Origin: Tagaea sp.
GTDB taxonomy: Bacteria; Pseudomonadota; Alphaproteobacteria; CACIAM-22H2
Assembly (NCBI GenBank): GCA_965279525.1
Contig: CBDIIB010000005.1
Span: 363,998-427,997 of the forward strand
Direction: 5' to 3'
Length of the DNA stretch: 64,000 nucleotides
The translations under genes were made by a program, and so were the position numbers. The notes below the pieces were generated by a model that saw nothing but the letters and a program-made list of their open reading frames with translations, was not told the DNA's origin and did no database searches. This document shows positions 29,824-40,017 of this stretch, one piece after another. How positions within the stretch are numbered: the first letter of the stretch is position 1; each line of letters opens with the position of its first letter.

Positions 29824-31437
29824 CTACATCTGCTCCATGTATTCGGCCGGATCGACGATTGCGTCGATGACCGTGAATTTGCGCGACGAAACGGCCGCCG
29901 CAAAGGCTTTTTCGAAGTCGGCCAGCGTTTCGACGCGCACGCCGACGGCCCCGCACGCCTGCCCGATCTGGTCGAAGCGCGGTCCCTTGAAGTCGACGGC
30001 ACGCGGTGCCATCTGCATCTTGGCTTGCTTGAGCTTGATCAGCGACAGCGCCCCGTCATTGAGCACGACGACGACGATCGGCAGGCCCAGTTCGGCCGCC
30101 AGCGGCAGCTCGCCCGCCGTCATCAGCATGCAGCCGTCGCCGACCAGCGCCACGACGGGCGCATCCGGACAGGCAAGCTGCGCGCCGATGGCCGCCGGCA
30201 CCGCATAGCCCATGCAGCACAGGCCGTTGGATTGCAGCAGCTGGCCGGACGACCGGCACTTGACCGAATGGTTGGCAAGGATGCGATGCGCGCCGACATC
30301 GACCGTCAGTTTCCAGTCGGGTGCCACGCGGTCCGACACGGCCTTGAACAGGCCGGCGGGCGAAATGCCCTTGGCCGGAGCGCGCGGCCGCACGATGTGC
30401 GCGACCGCATCGCGGCAGGCCTTGAGTGTCGCCGCGGGCCATGCACCCGCCCCTGGCTCGCCCGACGACGAAAGCTGGCCGAGCATCGCCGGCAGGTCGC
30501 CGTAGCATTCGGTGCCCAGCGGGAAAATGCGGTGGTTGAGCGGCCCCCAGTCGAGCGTGAGCACCGCGCGATCCTGCGGCCACGCATCAAGCCACGCATC
30601 GCGCAGCTCGATCGGATCGAAGCCGACGCACACGATCCGGTCCGCTTCGCGCACGATCTTCATGTTTTCGCCGTCCACGACCGGCGACAGGCCGACCGCG
30701 CCCAGGCACAGCGGATGGGCTTCGTCGATCACGCCCTTGGCCTTGTAGGTGGCGAAGAACGGCAGGCGCCAGGATTCGGCGAAACGGCGCAGCATGTCGG
30801 GCACGCCTTCATGCACCGCCCCGCGCCCGACCAGCAGCAGCGGGCGCTTGGCGCGCGCGATCGCGAGGCGAGCCGCAACCGCCGCATCGCCGGCAAGTGC
30901 GGTGCGCGCGACCGCGACCGGGCGGGCATCGAAATTCTCGGTCGATTCCGCACGGCCCAGATCGGCCGGGATATTCAGCATCACCGGGCCGGCCGGATAG
31001 GCCATCGCGATGTCGAGCGCGCGCGCCATCTGCTGGGCGGGGCGTGCCGCGTTGAGCGTGGCGGCATATTTGGTGACGGGTGTGGCCAGCGCCACATGGT
31101 CGAAGACCTGGTGGTTGTAGATCTGCGCGTTGGATGTGGCCATCTCGCCGGTCAGCACCGCAAGCGGCGAGCGCTCCATCAGTGCACCCGCGATGCCCGC
31201 CGTCGCGTTGGCGATGCCGGGGCCGAGTGCGGGGATCAGCACCTGCGGCCTGCCGGTGATCTGGCAAACCGCATCGGCCATGAACGCGGCAGCGGGTTCG
31301 GATTTCGCCAGCACGAAGCGGATGCCGGCTTCCTCGCACGCGCGCACGGTTTCCAGCACGTCGTTGCCGGGGATGCCGAACGCGAACGTGGCCCCCCAGT
31401 TGCGCAAGGTGGCGGCAAGCTTGTCGGCGACTTTCAA
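29824..31437 (-). CDS. Thiamine-diphosphate-dependent enzyme (acetolactate synthase large subunit / 2-ketoacid decarboxylase-lyase-like)
   Basis: 537 aa. TTG start with AGGAG SD gives MKVADKLAATLRNWGATFAFGIPG. C-terminal TPP-binding GDGCMLM...LNDGALS motif. Confidence 0.75.
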   Translation of the reverse strand: MKVADKLAATLRNWGATFAFGIPGNDVLETVRACEEAGIRFVLAKSEPAAAFMADAVCQITGRPQVLIPALGPGIANATAGIAGALMERSPLAVLTGEMATSNAQIYNHQVFDHVALATPVTKYAATLNAARPAQQMARALDIAMAYPAGPVMLNIPADLGRAESTENFDARPVAVARTALAGDAAVAARLAIARAKRPLLLVGRGAVHEGVPDMLRRFAESWRLPFFATYKAKGVIDEAHPLCLGAVGLSPVVDGENMKIVREADRIVCVGFDPIELRDAWLDAWPQDRAVLTLDWGPLNHRIFPLGTECYGDLPAMLGQLSSSGEPGAGAWPAATLKACRDAVAHIVRPRAPAKGISPAGLFKAVSDRVAPDWKLTVDVGAHRILANHSVKCRSSGQLLQSNGLCCMGYAVPAAIGAQLACPDAPVVALVGDGCMLMTAGELPLAAELGLPIVVVVLNDGALSLIKLKQAKMQMAPRAVDFKGPRFDQIGQACGAVGVRVETLADFEKAFAAAVSSRKFTVIDAIVDPAEYMEQM

Positions 31438-31447
31438 GGCAAGGCTC

Positions 31448-33172
31448 CTATTCGGCGGCCCGGTCGAGAAGGCTCTCGCCCGGCCGCACGCGGGTGAAGG
31501 CGACGGGTTCCATCGCCACGTCGAGCGTGTCGGCGCGTGTCCGCACCAGCGTATAGCGCGACGTCGGCAGGTCACCGGCTTCCGGGTGGTCGGCGCGGAA
31601 ATGGGCGCCGCGGCTGTCGGTGCGCGCGACGGCCGCCGCCCGGATCGATTTCGACACGGCGACGAGGTTCTTGAGGTTCAGCCAGTCATGCCAGGTGAGA
31701 TTGAAGGCGCGCGTCGTCTCGGCCACGCCGGCCTCGTCGAGAGCGGCATCGAGATCGTCGAGCACGCCGCCGGCACGCGCGAGGCTGGCTGCATCGCGCA
31801 CGATGCCGACATCTTCCCACATCGTGTCGGCAAGCTTCTCGCGGATCGGCTCGAGGTCGCGCGGCTTGCGCGCGAACGGGGCAAGTGCGCGCGCGGTCGC
31901 GGCCGCGATGGCCGTTTCGTCGGGTGCACGCAGTTCGCCGCGCGCGGCCACCCAGCGCGCCATGCTGTCGCCGGCCAGCCCGCCGAACACGGTCGAGTTC
32001 GCCACGCCGTTGCCGCCCAGCCGGTTGGCGCCATGCACGCCGCCGGTATCCTCGCCGGCCGCGAACAACCCGGTAAGATCCGTCGTGCAGTCGCCGCGGA
32101 ACGGCACGCCGCCCATCATGTAGTGGGCCGTCGGCACCACTTCGACGCGCCCGCCGGCAAGATCGAAGCCGCAATCGGCGCAGCGTTCGACCATGCCTTT
32201 GAAGCTCTTGCGCACCATGTCAGGTCCCAGATGGTGCATCTGCAGATAGACGCCGCCAAGTGCGGTGCCGCGGCCCTTGCGCACGATGTCGAACACCGCG
32301 CGGCTGACGACGTCGCGCGTCGCGCGTTCGCCCTGCGCGTCGTACTCCGCCATGAAACGCGTGCCGTCCTTGTCGAGCAGCCAGCCGCCCGCCCCGCGCA
32401 GGCCCTCTTCCAGCACCGTGCCGGTCATGCGCGTGTCAGGTCCGGCGAGCAGGCCGGTGGGGTGGAACTGAACCATCTCCATGTCGCGCAAGGGCAGGCC
32501 GGCGCGCAGCGCCATCGCCATGCCGTCGCACGCCTTGTCGCCCGACGGCGTGTGGTAGCGGTACATGGTCGGTCCGCCGCCGGTTGCCAGCAAGACGGCC
32601 TTGGCGCGCACGAACACGAATTCGCCGTCGCGCATGTCGATCATCAGCACGCCGGCGAGCGCCGAGCCGTCGGCCGTGCGCACGAGCTCGATCGCGCGAT
32701 GCTCTTCCAGCCGGTCGATGCCGCGCGCCCAGACCTGCTCGGCAAGGCGGTTGACGATCTCGATGCCGGTGAGGTCGCCCTTGTGGACGGTGCGGTCGAA
32801 GGTCTGCCCGGCGAACGCCTTCTGGTGGACCGTGCCGTCCGGGTTGCGGTCGAAGAAGCAGCCCAGCTCGTTCTCCAGCTCGCGGATGCGCACCTGCGCG
32901 ACCGTGACGAGCGTCCAGGCGAGATCCTGGTCGTTGAGCCACTTGCCGCCCTCGATCGTGTCCATGAAATGGCGTTCGGCGCTGTCGCCTTGGGCGAGCG
33001 CCACGTTGTAGCCGCCCTGCACCATGCGCGTGCAGCCGCACTTGCCGAGCAGGCCCTTGACCGCGATGGTGATCTTGAGCGCCGGGTCCGCCTTGTGCGC
33101 ATGCAGCGCCGCGAACAGGCCCGCCCCGCCTGCACCCAATATCAGAATGTCGGTATCGACCCGCCTCATGCC
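31448..33172 (-). CDS. FAD-dependent fumarate reductase / succinate dehydrogenase-flavoprotein family protein (FrdA/SdhA/NadB-like)
   Basis: 574 aa from MRRVDTDILILGAGGAGL. HPTG and HYMMGG motifs and C-terminal RGAHFRADHPE. Confidence 0.8.
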   Translation of the reverse strand, partial: GMRRVDTDILILGAGGAGLFAALHAHKADPALKITIAVKGLLGKCGCTRMVQGGYNVALAQGDSAERHFMDTIEGGKWLNDQDLAWTLVTVAQVRIRELENELGCFFDRNPDGTVHQKAFAGQTFDRTVHKGDLTGIEIVNRLAEQVWARGIDRLEEHRAIELVRTADGSALAGVLMIDMRDGEFVFVRAKAVLLATGGGPTMYRYHTPSGDKACDGMAMALRAGLPLRDMEMVQFHPTGLLAGPDTRMTGTVLEEGLRGAGGWLLDKDGTRFMAEYDAQGERATRDVVSRAVFDIVRKGRGTALGGVYLQMHHLGPDMVRKSFKGMVERCADCGFDLAGGRVEVVPTAHYMMGGVPFRGDCTTDLTGLFAAGEDTGGVHGANRLGGNGVANSTVFGGLAGDSMARWVAARGELRAPDETAIAAATARALAPFARKPRDLEPIREKLADTMWEDVGIVRDAASLARAGGVLDDLDAALDEAGVAETTRAFNLTWHDWLNLKNLVAVSKSIRAAAVARTDSRGAHFRADHPEAGDLPTSRYTLVRTRADTLDVAMEPVAFTRVRPGESLLDRAAE

Positions 33173-33777
33173 TTCACGCCGACGGCGGCGAGGGCTGCCG
33201 CACGCCGGTCCTGCGCCGTGGCGCGGACCTTGTCGTAGATCGAGCCGCCATGGCTGTCCATCGCCACCAGCAGAGGCCCGAAGCCCTTCACCTGGAAATG
33301 CCACAGGCTTTCGGGATTGAGATCGTCGAGATCGACGTCGACGATGCGCTCGATCCATGTCGTCTCGAGGGCTGCCGTGCCGCCGATGATCGCCAGATAC
33401 GCCCCGCCCAGCTCCGTGAACGCCGCTTGCGAGGCCTCGCGCAGGCCGCCCTTGCCGATAATCAGGCGCACGCCGTACTGCGCCATCAGCGGCTTCGAGA
33501 AGCGCTCCATGCGGTCGGACGTCGTCGTGCCCACGCAGACCGGCTGGTAGCCGACCGGGCACTCGTTCGACAGCGGCACCTTGCGCACGTTGGGGGCCGT
33601 GTGGATCACGGCATGGCCCTTCATGTCGAAGCGCGTCGTGCGGCCGCGGTCGAACATGTGGATCTGGGTGGCGTCGCGGATGCCGAACAGCGAGCCGGTC
33701 AGCGTGACGGTATCGCCGGTCCGCAGGCTTCGCACCTGCGCCTCGTCCACCGGCATGCGGAATTCGTGGTGGGCCAT
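33166..33777 (-). CDS. Fe-S hydro-lyase beta subunit (class I fumarase C-terminal / L(+)-tartrate dehydratase TtdB-like)
   Basis: 203 aa. Aligns to the FumA/TtdB C-terminal domain (GSLFGIRDATQIHMF...). Confidence 0.75.
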   Translation of the reverse strand: MAHHEFRMPVDEAQVRSLRTGDTVTLTGSLFGIRDATQIHMFDRGRTTRFDMKGHAVIHTAPNVRKVPLSNECPVGYQPVCVGTTTSDRMERFSKPLMAQYGVRLIIGKGGLREASQAAFTELGGAYLAIIGGTAALETTWIERIVDVDLDDLNPESLWHFQVKGFGPLLVAMDSHGGSIYDKVRATAQDRRAAALAAVGVKA

Positions 33778-33781
33778 GGCG

Positions 33782-34669
33782 TCAGAACCCGATCTCGACG
33801 CCGGTCGGCGTGAAGGTGGCGCTCGCGCGCCTTGCCGAGTGGCACTGGATGTTGACGGCCACCGGATTCATCGTGATGTGCGTGGCCGCCGTCTCGACAT
33901 GCACCGCGAAGGCCGTGCCATCGCCACCAAGCCCCTGCGGGCCGATACCCAGCGAGTTGACCGCCCCCGACAGCAGCCTTTCGAGCTTGGCACCTTCTTC
34001 ATCGTCGCACACGCTGCCGAGTGCGCGCGTCGCCGCGACCTTGGCGAGATGCATGCACAGGTCGGAGGTGCCACCGATCCCCACGCCCACGATGGTCGGC
34101 GGGCAGACCTTGCCGCCGGCTTCCATCACGCGATCGATGACGAAGGTCTTGATGCCGTCGATCCCGTCGGCCGGGATCAGCATCTTCAGGAACGAGCCGT
34201 TCTCCGACCCCGATCCCTTCGGGATCATCTCGATGCGCAAGGTGCGCGGGGCGTCGATGAAATCGATGTTGATGACCGGCACGCGGATGCCCGATGAGGT
34301 GTGCTCGTTCTTGCGCGTGATCGGATGCACGACCGACGAGCGCAGCGGGTATTCCTTCGTCGCGCGCGCCGTGCCGCGCCGGATCGCTTCCTTCAGCGCG
34401 ATGCCGTCCACGTCCACGTCGCGGCCGATCTCGATGTTGAAGATCGGGATGCCGGTGTCCTGGCACAAGAGGTTGTCGGTCTTTTCGGCCACCGCGATGT
34501 TCTCGATCATCGTGGCGAGGATCGTGCGGGCCGTGCCGTCGGTCTCGGCGGCGTCCAGCCGCGTGAAGCCGCGCTTGATGTCGTCGGGCAGCAGCTTCAG
34601 CGCACGTATATAGAGGAGCTTCGCCGCCTCCTCGACCGCCGCGATGTCGATATGGAGCTTTGCGCTCAC
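33782..34669 (-). CDS. Fe-S hydro-lyase alpha subunit (class I fumarase N-terminal / TtdA-like). GTG start.
   Basis: 295 aa from (V→M)SAKLHIDIAAVEE with GGAGG SD. Cys ligands in CQDTG and GIGG. GTGA overlap with the enolase-superfamily stop. Confidence 0.75.
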   Translation of the reverse strand: MSAKLHIDIAAVEEAAKLLYIRALKLLPDDIKRGFTRLDAAETDGTARTILATMIENIAVAEKTDNLLCQDTGIPIFNIEIGRDVDVDGIALKEAIRRGTARATKEYPLRSSVVHPITRKNEHTSSGIRVPVINIDFIDAPRTLRIEMIPKGSGSENGSFLKMLIPADGIDGIKTFVIDRVMEAGGKVCPPTIVGVGIGGTSDLCMHLAKVAATRALGSVCDDEEGAKLERLLSGAVNSLGIGPQGLGGDGTAFAVHVETAATHITMNPVAVNIQCHSARRASATFTPTGVEIGF

Positions 34670-35784
34670 GACGCCTCCGCGTATCGCTTCAGGAGATCGG
34701 GGTCGGGATCGTAGCCGAGGCCGGGCCGGTCGGGCAGGTGCAGGCGCCCGGCGCGGATGTGCGGGAAATCGTCGAACACCGAATCGCGCAGCGGATTGTC
34801 CTGTGCGTCGACCTCCAGCCGCCCGTCGCCGCCGACTGCCGCCAGCAGGTGCGCGCTTGCCAGCAGGCCCACACCGCCGCCCAGATAATGCGGGCAGAAC
34901 ATGAAGCCGGCCTCGCGCACGGCACGCCCCAGCGGCACGCAAGCCGAGAAGCCGCCCCACTTGGCGATGTCGGGCTGCAACACGCCGAACGCGTTGGACG
35001 CGATGGCTTCGCGGAACTGCGCGGCCCCACGCATGTTCTCGCCGCCCGCGATGGGAGCGGCACTGAGGCCCGCGACAAGCTGCCATTCGCCTTCGGGGGC
35101 ATCGACCGCCAGCGGCTCCTCGATCCAGCCGAGATTGAAGGGTGCGAACTCGCGCACGCGGCGTGCGGCGGTCTCGGCGTCCCACGCCTGGTTGGCGTCG
35201 ACCACGATGAACGCCTTGGGCCCGAGGGCGGCACGAAGGCCCGCGATGTTCTTCAAGTCCGCCTCGGGTGCGAAGCCGACCTTGAGCTTGAAGCCGTCGT
35301 AGCTCTGCGCGAGGCGCACCAGCGCCTGCTCGACCGCACCGTCCGGACCGAGGCCGGAGGCATAGACCGCGACGTCGCTGCGCGCCCCGCCCAGATGCTT
35401 CCACAGCGGCAGGCCGGCGCGGCGCGCGCTCAGGTCCCACAGCGCCTGGTCGATGCCGGCCAGCACCTGCGCGAAGGTGCCGGGCTCGCCGCACTGGAGC
35501 GACAGGATGCGCGTCTTGCCTTCGAGGATATCGAAGGCCGCGCGCGGGTCCTCGAACGTCGCACCTTTGAGCAGCGGCGCGAAGATATCGTCGAACAGCC
35601 GGCGGCGGGCGGCACCGGCCCCGGGCGGGAAGTTGCACCAGATCTCGCCCCAACCGACGGCGCCGTCGGAATCCTCTAGACGAACGAGCAGCATCGTGCG
35701 CGCGCGCATGGCGCCGAACGCGGTGCGGATCGGCGTTGCGAGCGGATAGAGATGTAGCAGTGCCTGTGCGCGCGCGATTTTCAT
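34666..35784 (-). CDS. Enolase-superfamily (mandelate racemase / muconate lactonizing enzyme family) dehydratase/racemase
   Basis: 372 aa from MKIARAQALLHLYPLATPIRTAFG. KVG...DANQAW...EEP metal-ligand pattern. Confidence 0.75.
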   Translation of the reverse strand: MKIARAQALLHLYPLATPIRTAFGAMRARTMLLVRLEDSDGAVGWGEIWCNFPPGAGAARRRLFDDIFAPLLKGATFEDPRAAFDILEGKTRILSLQCGEPGTFAQVLAGIDQALWDLSARRAGLPLWKHLGGARSDVAVYASGLGPDGAVEQALVRLAQSYDGFKLKVGFAPEADLKNIAGLRAALGPKAFIVVDANQAWDAETAARRVREFAPFNLGWIEEPLAVDAPEGEWQLVAGLSAAPIAGGENMRGAAQFREAIASNAFGVLQPDIAKWGGFSACVPLGRAVREAGFMFCPHYLGGGVGLLASAHLLAAVGGDGRLEVDAQDNPLRDSVFDDFPHIRAGRLHLPDRPGLGYDPDPDLLKRYAEAS

Positions 35785-35786
35785 GG

Positions 35787-36671
35787 CTAGCGCTGCATGC
35801 CCCAGCGGCGGACCGTGCGCGCCTCGACGGCGCGGAAGATCACGCCCTCGACGAACAGGCCGATGACGATGACGGTCAGCAATCCGGCAAACACGTTTGC
35901 GGTCTCCAGCAGGTTGCGGTTCTCGAAGATGTACCAGCCCAGCCCGCCCGAACGTGCCGAGACGCCGAACACCAGCTCGGCCGCGATCAGCGTTCGCCAG
36001 GCGAACGCCCAGCCGATCTTGAGGCCGGCCAGGATCGACGGGAACGCCGCCGGGATCAGGATCTTCATCACGAAGCGCACGCCGCGCAGCCCGTAGTTGG
36101 TGCCCGCCATGCGCAGCGTCTCGGAGACCGACTTGAAACCGGTATGCGTGTTGAGCGCCACCGCCCACAGGACCGAATGCACGATGACGAACACCAGCGA
36201 CGGGATGCCGAGGCCGAACCACAGCAGGGCGAGCGGCAGCAACGCGATCGCCGGCAGCGGATTGAACATCGCGGTCAGCGTGGAAAGCAGGTCGTTGCCG
36301 AAGCGCGTGGAAACGGCAAGCGTCGTGAACACGGCCGCCAGTGCGAGCCCCGAGCCGTAGCCCACGAACAGCACCTGCAGTGTCGTGGCCATGCGCCCGA
36401 GCAGCGGGCCGGTTACGAACGCGTCGTAGAAGGCCTGCGCCACCTCGTGGAAGGGCGGGAACATCAGCGGATTGCCGAGCCAGCGCCCGTAGAGCTCCCA
36501 GGCACCCGCCAGCGCCAGGACGATGACGAGACGCCGGATCCAGGTCTGGTTCCAGATGCGCTCGAAGGCGGAAAGCGGCCGCTCGACCTCGCCGAACTGG
36601 GCAGCCCCCACTTCGCGGACCTCGAATTCGGCGCGGACCGGCGGCGTGATGCGTGCGGCGGCGTCAACCAT
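35787..36671 (-). CDS. ABC transporter permease (NitT/TauT family)
   Basis: 294 aa, multi-TM, EAA-like loop. Adjacent to a matching ATPase and substrate-binding protein. Confidence 0.8.
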   Translation of the reverse strand: MVDAAARITPPVRAEFEVREVGAAQFGEVERPLSAFERIWNQTWIRRLVIVLALAGAWELYGRWLGNPLMFPPFHEVAQAFYDAFVTGPLLGRMATTLQVLFVGYGSGLALAAVFTTLAVSTRFGNDLLSTLTAMFNPLPAIALLPLALLWFGLGIPSLVFVIVHSVLWAVALNTHTGFKSVSETLRMAGTNYGLRGVRFVMKILIPAAFPSILAGLKIGWAFAWRTLIAAELVFGVSARSGGLGWYIFENRNLLETANVFAGLLTVIVIGLFVEGVIFRAVEARTVRRWGMQR

Positions 36672-37479
36672 GGGCGTCCGCCTTCTCCTGCTCGATGCGT
36701 TCGGCGAACAGCATGTCGTGGATGCGCCGCTGCAGGGCCTGGAACTCGACCCCGCCCTGTGCCGTGTGGTCGAACTGGTGGCAGTTGAGCTCGGCCTTCA
36801 CGCGGCCGGGATGCGGCGACAGCACGAGGATGCGGCTGCCCACAACGATGGCTTCCTCGATCGAGTGCGTGACGAACAGCACGGTGAAGCGCACGTCGTC
36901 CCACAGCTCGAGGAGTTCTTCCTGCATCTTGCGCCGCGTCAGCGCATCGAGGGCCGCGTAGGGTTCGTCCATCAGCAGGATGTCGGGTTCCATCGCCATC
37001 GCGCGCGCGATGGCCACGCGCTGCTTCATGCCGCCCGACAGCATGTGCGGGTAGACGTCGATGAACTTGGTCAGGTTCACCTTCTCGATGAAGTGGCGCG
37101 CACGCGCCGCCGCCTCGGTCTTGTTCCACTTGCCCGCGCACAGCATCGGGAACATGACGTTCTCGAGCACGGTCTTCCACGGCAGCAGCTGGTCGAATTC
37201 CTGGAAGACCATCATGCGGTCAGGACCCGGCCGGTCGATCGTGCGCCCGTTGAGCGCCATGGTGCCTTCGACCGGCGTCATGAAGCCGGCCACGCCCTTC
37301 AGCAGCGTCGACTTCCCGCAGCCCGATGGCCCCAGCAGCACGAACCGGTCGCCGCGCTGCACCTCGAAACTGACGCGGTACGTCGCGGTGACCAGATGTT
37401 CGGCCGTCTTGTACTGGAGCGTCACCCCGTCGACCTTCAGGATCGGCGGGGTGACGCCGGAGGCGTCTGCCATCGTCAA
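36664..37479 (-). CDS. ABC transporter ATP-binding protein (NitT/TauT family)
   Basis: Walker A GPSGCGKST, signature LSGGMKQRVAIARA, Walker B ILLMDEP. 271 aa. Confidence 0.85.
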   Translation of the reverse strand: MTMADASGVTPPILKVDGVTLQYKTAEHLVTATYRVSFEVQRGDRFVLLGPSGCGKSTLLKGVAGFMTPVEGTMALNGRTIDRPGPDRMMVFQEFDQLLPWKTVLENVMFPMLCAGKWNKTEAAARARHFIEKVNLTKFIDVYPHMLSGGMKQRVAIARAMAMEPDILLMDEPYAALDALTRRKMQEELLELWDDVRFTVLFVTHSIEEAIVVGSRILVLSPHPGRVKAELNCHQFDHTAQGGVEFQALQRRIHDMLFAERIEQEKADAHG

Positions 37480-37489
37480 GCCGCTCCGC

Positions 37490-38509
37490 CTAGGATCCCT
37501 GCACGCCGTGCAGGCCGGGGAAGAACATCTCCTTCCAGTCGGCCGGCTTTTCCTTGACCGTGCCGGTGCGCTGCATGAACTCGGCGTACTTCATCGTGTT
37601 CTTCGGCACGACGGTGAACTCGTGCTGCGGATCGTTGAGGAGCGACATCACGAATTCCTTCGGCGGCGCTCCCTTCTCGACGCGCATGTAGATGTCGGCC
37701 GCGCGGTTCTTGTCGTTCGTGATGATGGCCTGCGCCTCGACGAGCGCATCCTGGAACGCCTTGTAGACGCGCGGGTTCTGCGTGCGGACCTTGTCGGTCG
37801 TCCAGACGAAGTTGAACGAGCACGGGCCGCCCAGCACCTCGTAGTTCGACAGCACGCGCTTCACCTTGGCGTCCTGGAGCTGCAGGTTCTGGAAGGGCGG
37901 CGAGCCGAAATGCGCCGTGATCTCGCTCTTGCCCGACATCATCGCGTTCATCGCGTCGGGGTGCGACATCGAGACGGTGATGTTGTCGAGCCTGTCGTGC
38001 TTGCCGGCACCGAAGGCCTTCTCGCAGGCCATCTGGAGCGTGATGGCCTGGATGGAGACGCGCACGGCCGGCAGGCCGATGCGGTCCTTGTCGGTGAAGT
38101 CGGCGATGGTCTTGACGGCGGGATTGACGGTGTTGAGGTAGAGCGGAAGCGAATTGAGCGAGGCCACGCCCTTGACGTTGAGCGAGCCCTTGGTGCGCGC
38201 CCACAGCACGATCATCGGCCCCACGCCGCCACCGGCGAATTCGAGATTGCCCGAGATCAGCGCGTCGTTGATGGGGGCACCGCCCGCGAACTGGAGCCAG
38301 TTCGTCTTGACGTTGGGAAGGCCCGCGGCAGCCGCGTGCTTCTCGATCAGCTTCAGGTCTTCCATGATCATCAGCGGCAGGTAGGAGATGCCGAACTGCT
38401 TGGCGATGCGCACTTCGCCGATCTCCTGCGCGTGCGCGATCCCGGGGGCGGCGAGCACGGCGGCGGCGCCGGCGACGAAGGCGCGGCGGGTCGGACGGAT
38501 ATCGGACAT
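37490..38509 (-). CDS. ABC transporter substrate-binding protein, NitT/TauT (SsuA/TauA-like aliphatic sulfonate/nitrate) family, Tat signal
   Basis: 339 aa from MSDIRPTRRAFVAGAAAVLAAPGIAHAQ. Periplasmic SsuA/TauA-like fold. Confidence 0.75.
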   Translation of the reverse strand: MSDIRPTRRAFVAGAAAVLAAPGIAHAQEIGEVRIAKQFGISYLPLMIMEDLKLIEKHAAAAGLPNVKTNWLQFAGGAPINDALISGNLEFAGGGVGPMIVLWARTKGSLNVKGVASLNSLPLYLNTVNPAVKTIADFTDKDRIGLPAVRVSIQAITLQMACEKAFGAGKHDRLDNITVSMSHPDAMNAMMSGKSEITAHFGSPPFQNLQLQDAKVKRVLSNYEVLGGPCSFNFVWTTDKVRTQNPRVYKAFQDALVEAQAIITNDKNRAADIYMRVEKGAPPKEFVMSLLNDPQHEFTVVPKNTMKYAEFMQRTGTVKEKPADWKEMFFPGLHGVQGS

Positions 38510-38588
38510 TCGGGTTTCCTCCCATTCTGTTGCGGCGGCGAAGTTCGCGGACGGTTCTGCCCTTGTCGAACAAGATTTTCTAACACGG

Positions 38589-39317
38589 TCAGGCAACGAG
38601 AACGACTCCCGAAGCCAGCAGCAATCCCAAGACGATACGCCGGAACGTCGCGTCGTCGACGCGCGCATAGAGCCGGAGGCCGATCCACACGCCCAGCGCC
38701 ACGGCCGGCAGGCACCACAGGAAATCCGAAACCGCCTGCGGGCCGATCCCGCCGTCGAAATAAAGATAGACGAGCGCCACGGCCTGCATGACGAAGATGT
38801 AAGGCTGGTAGACGCCGCGCTGCTCGTTTTTCGACCAGCCGCGCAGGCCGGTCCACGGCGTGGGGATCGCCCCCGACAGGCCGCCGAGCCCGCCCAGCAC
38901 CCCGCCGACGAAGCCGACCGCCCCGTCGAGCGGTGCCCCGCCGAAACGGATCGGCCGCGGCACCCCGCGCGCCAGCATGTAGATGGCATAGACGACGAGG
39001 AAGACGCCGATCGCGCGCTTCAGCGGCTCGGGCGACACGCTCTGCAGCAGCAGCACGCCGAGCGGGATGCCGATCACGCCACCGATCAGGAACGGGGCGA
39101 GCCGACGCCAGTCGATCGCGTCGCGCACGCCGAGAATCGAGAAGGTCTGCGCCAGCAGGCTCGCCGCCAGCACCAGGGGGGTGGCATCAACCGGCAGGCG
39201 CAGATGCAGATAGACCGCCGACGCGATCAGCGCGAAGGCGAACCCCGCCAGCCCCGACGCGATGGCCGCCACGAAAGACGCGAGCATCAGCCAGACTTCG
39301 CTCGGCACTTCGTTCAT
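38589..39317 (-). CDS. TauE/SafE family sulfite exporter (DUF81)
   Basis: 242 aa, 7-8 TM segments with Gly-rich repeats (GGVIGIPLGVLLL / GGVLGGLGGLSGAIP). Start overlaps the SdhC-like stop. Confidence 0.75.
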   Translation of the reverse strand: MNEVPSEVWLMLASFVAAIASGLAGFAFALIASAVYLHLRLPVDATPLVLAASLLAQTFSILGVRDAIDWRRLAPFLIGGVIGIPLGVLLLQSVSPEPLKRAIGVFLVVYAIYMLARGVPRPIRFGGAPLDGAVGFVGGVLGGLGGLSGAIPTPWTGLRGWSKNEQRGVYQPYIFVMQAVALVYLYFDGGIGPQAVSDFLWCLPAVALGVWIGLRLYARVDDATFRRIVLGLLLASGVVLVA

Positions 39318-39676
39318 GCCGCCATCACGTTGAACGCGAACAGCAACCCCGCCGCGATCGCGAAACCGGCACTGGCGGCGACGGCCGTCTTCTGCCGGTC
39401 GCTCCACGGCAGGAACTCGACCGCCAGCAGACGCACGCCGCCGGCCATGTGCGCGGCGAGCAGCACGACGAGACCGGTCTCGGCGAACTTGACCAATGCG
39501 TTGTCGGTCCAGCGCAGCATGCCGTCCAGTGCGGCCTCGCCGCCGATGGCCGTACCCAGCGCCCAGAAATGCAGCGGCACGAAAAGCGTCAGCGCCAGCC
39601 CGGACAACCGGTGCACGGCAAACGCCCACCACGCGGGGTGCTTGCGGTGCCGAAAAGAGGGGGGCGGCCGGTTCAT
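39314..39676 (-). CDS. Succinate dehydrogenase / fumarate reductase cytochrome b subunit-like membrane anchor (SdhC-like)
   Basis: 120 aa, 3 TM, His-containing HRLSGLAL motif. Confidence 0.6.
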   Translation of the reverse strand: MNRPPPSFRHRKHPAWWAFAVHRLSGLALTLFVPLHFWALGTAIGGEAALDGMLRWTDNALVKFAETGLVVLLAAHMAGGVRLLAVEFLPWSDRQKTAVAASAGFAIAAGLLFAFNVMAA

Positions 39677-40017
39677 GCGAACAGGCCGGCGACCGCGCGC
39701 CAGCCGAACCAGACGAGGAATGCCGCGAACGTGGCGGTCGCCAGATCAAGCGCCGGGCCGCGCCAGCCGAACGTCTCGCGCAGGATGGCGCGCAGGCCGA
39801 CGGGGGCATGGACCGCGACCGCGAGAACGAACAGGCCGTAGAACAACGCCAGGCCGAACGAACCGCGCGTGCGCGACAGGATCTCGGCGGCCGTCAGCCC
39901 GCCGCGCACCGCATAGAGGATCGTGGCCAGATGCACGAGCACGCACACGGCGAGCACGGCGGCACTGGCGCGTTGCGCCCCCCACAGCAGCGTTTCGGCG
40001 CGCGCGCGAAATCTCAT
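39673..40017 (-). CDS. Succinate dehydrogenase hydrophobic membrane anchor-like subunit (SdhD-like)
   Basis: 114 aa from MRFRARAETLLWGAQRASAAVLAVCVLVHL, 3 TM, overlaps neighbours by 4 nt. Confidence 0.55.
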   Translation of the reverse strand: MRFRARAETLLWGAQRASAAVLAVCVLVHLATILYAVRGGLTAAEILSRTRGSFGLALFYGLFVLAVAVHAPVGLRAILRETFGWRGPALDLATATFAAFLVWFGWRAVAGLFA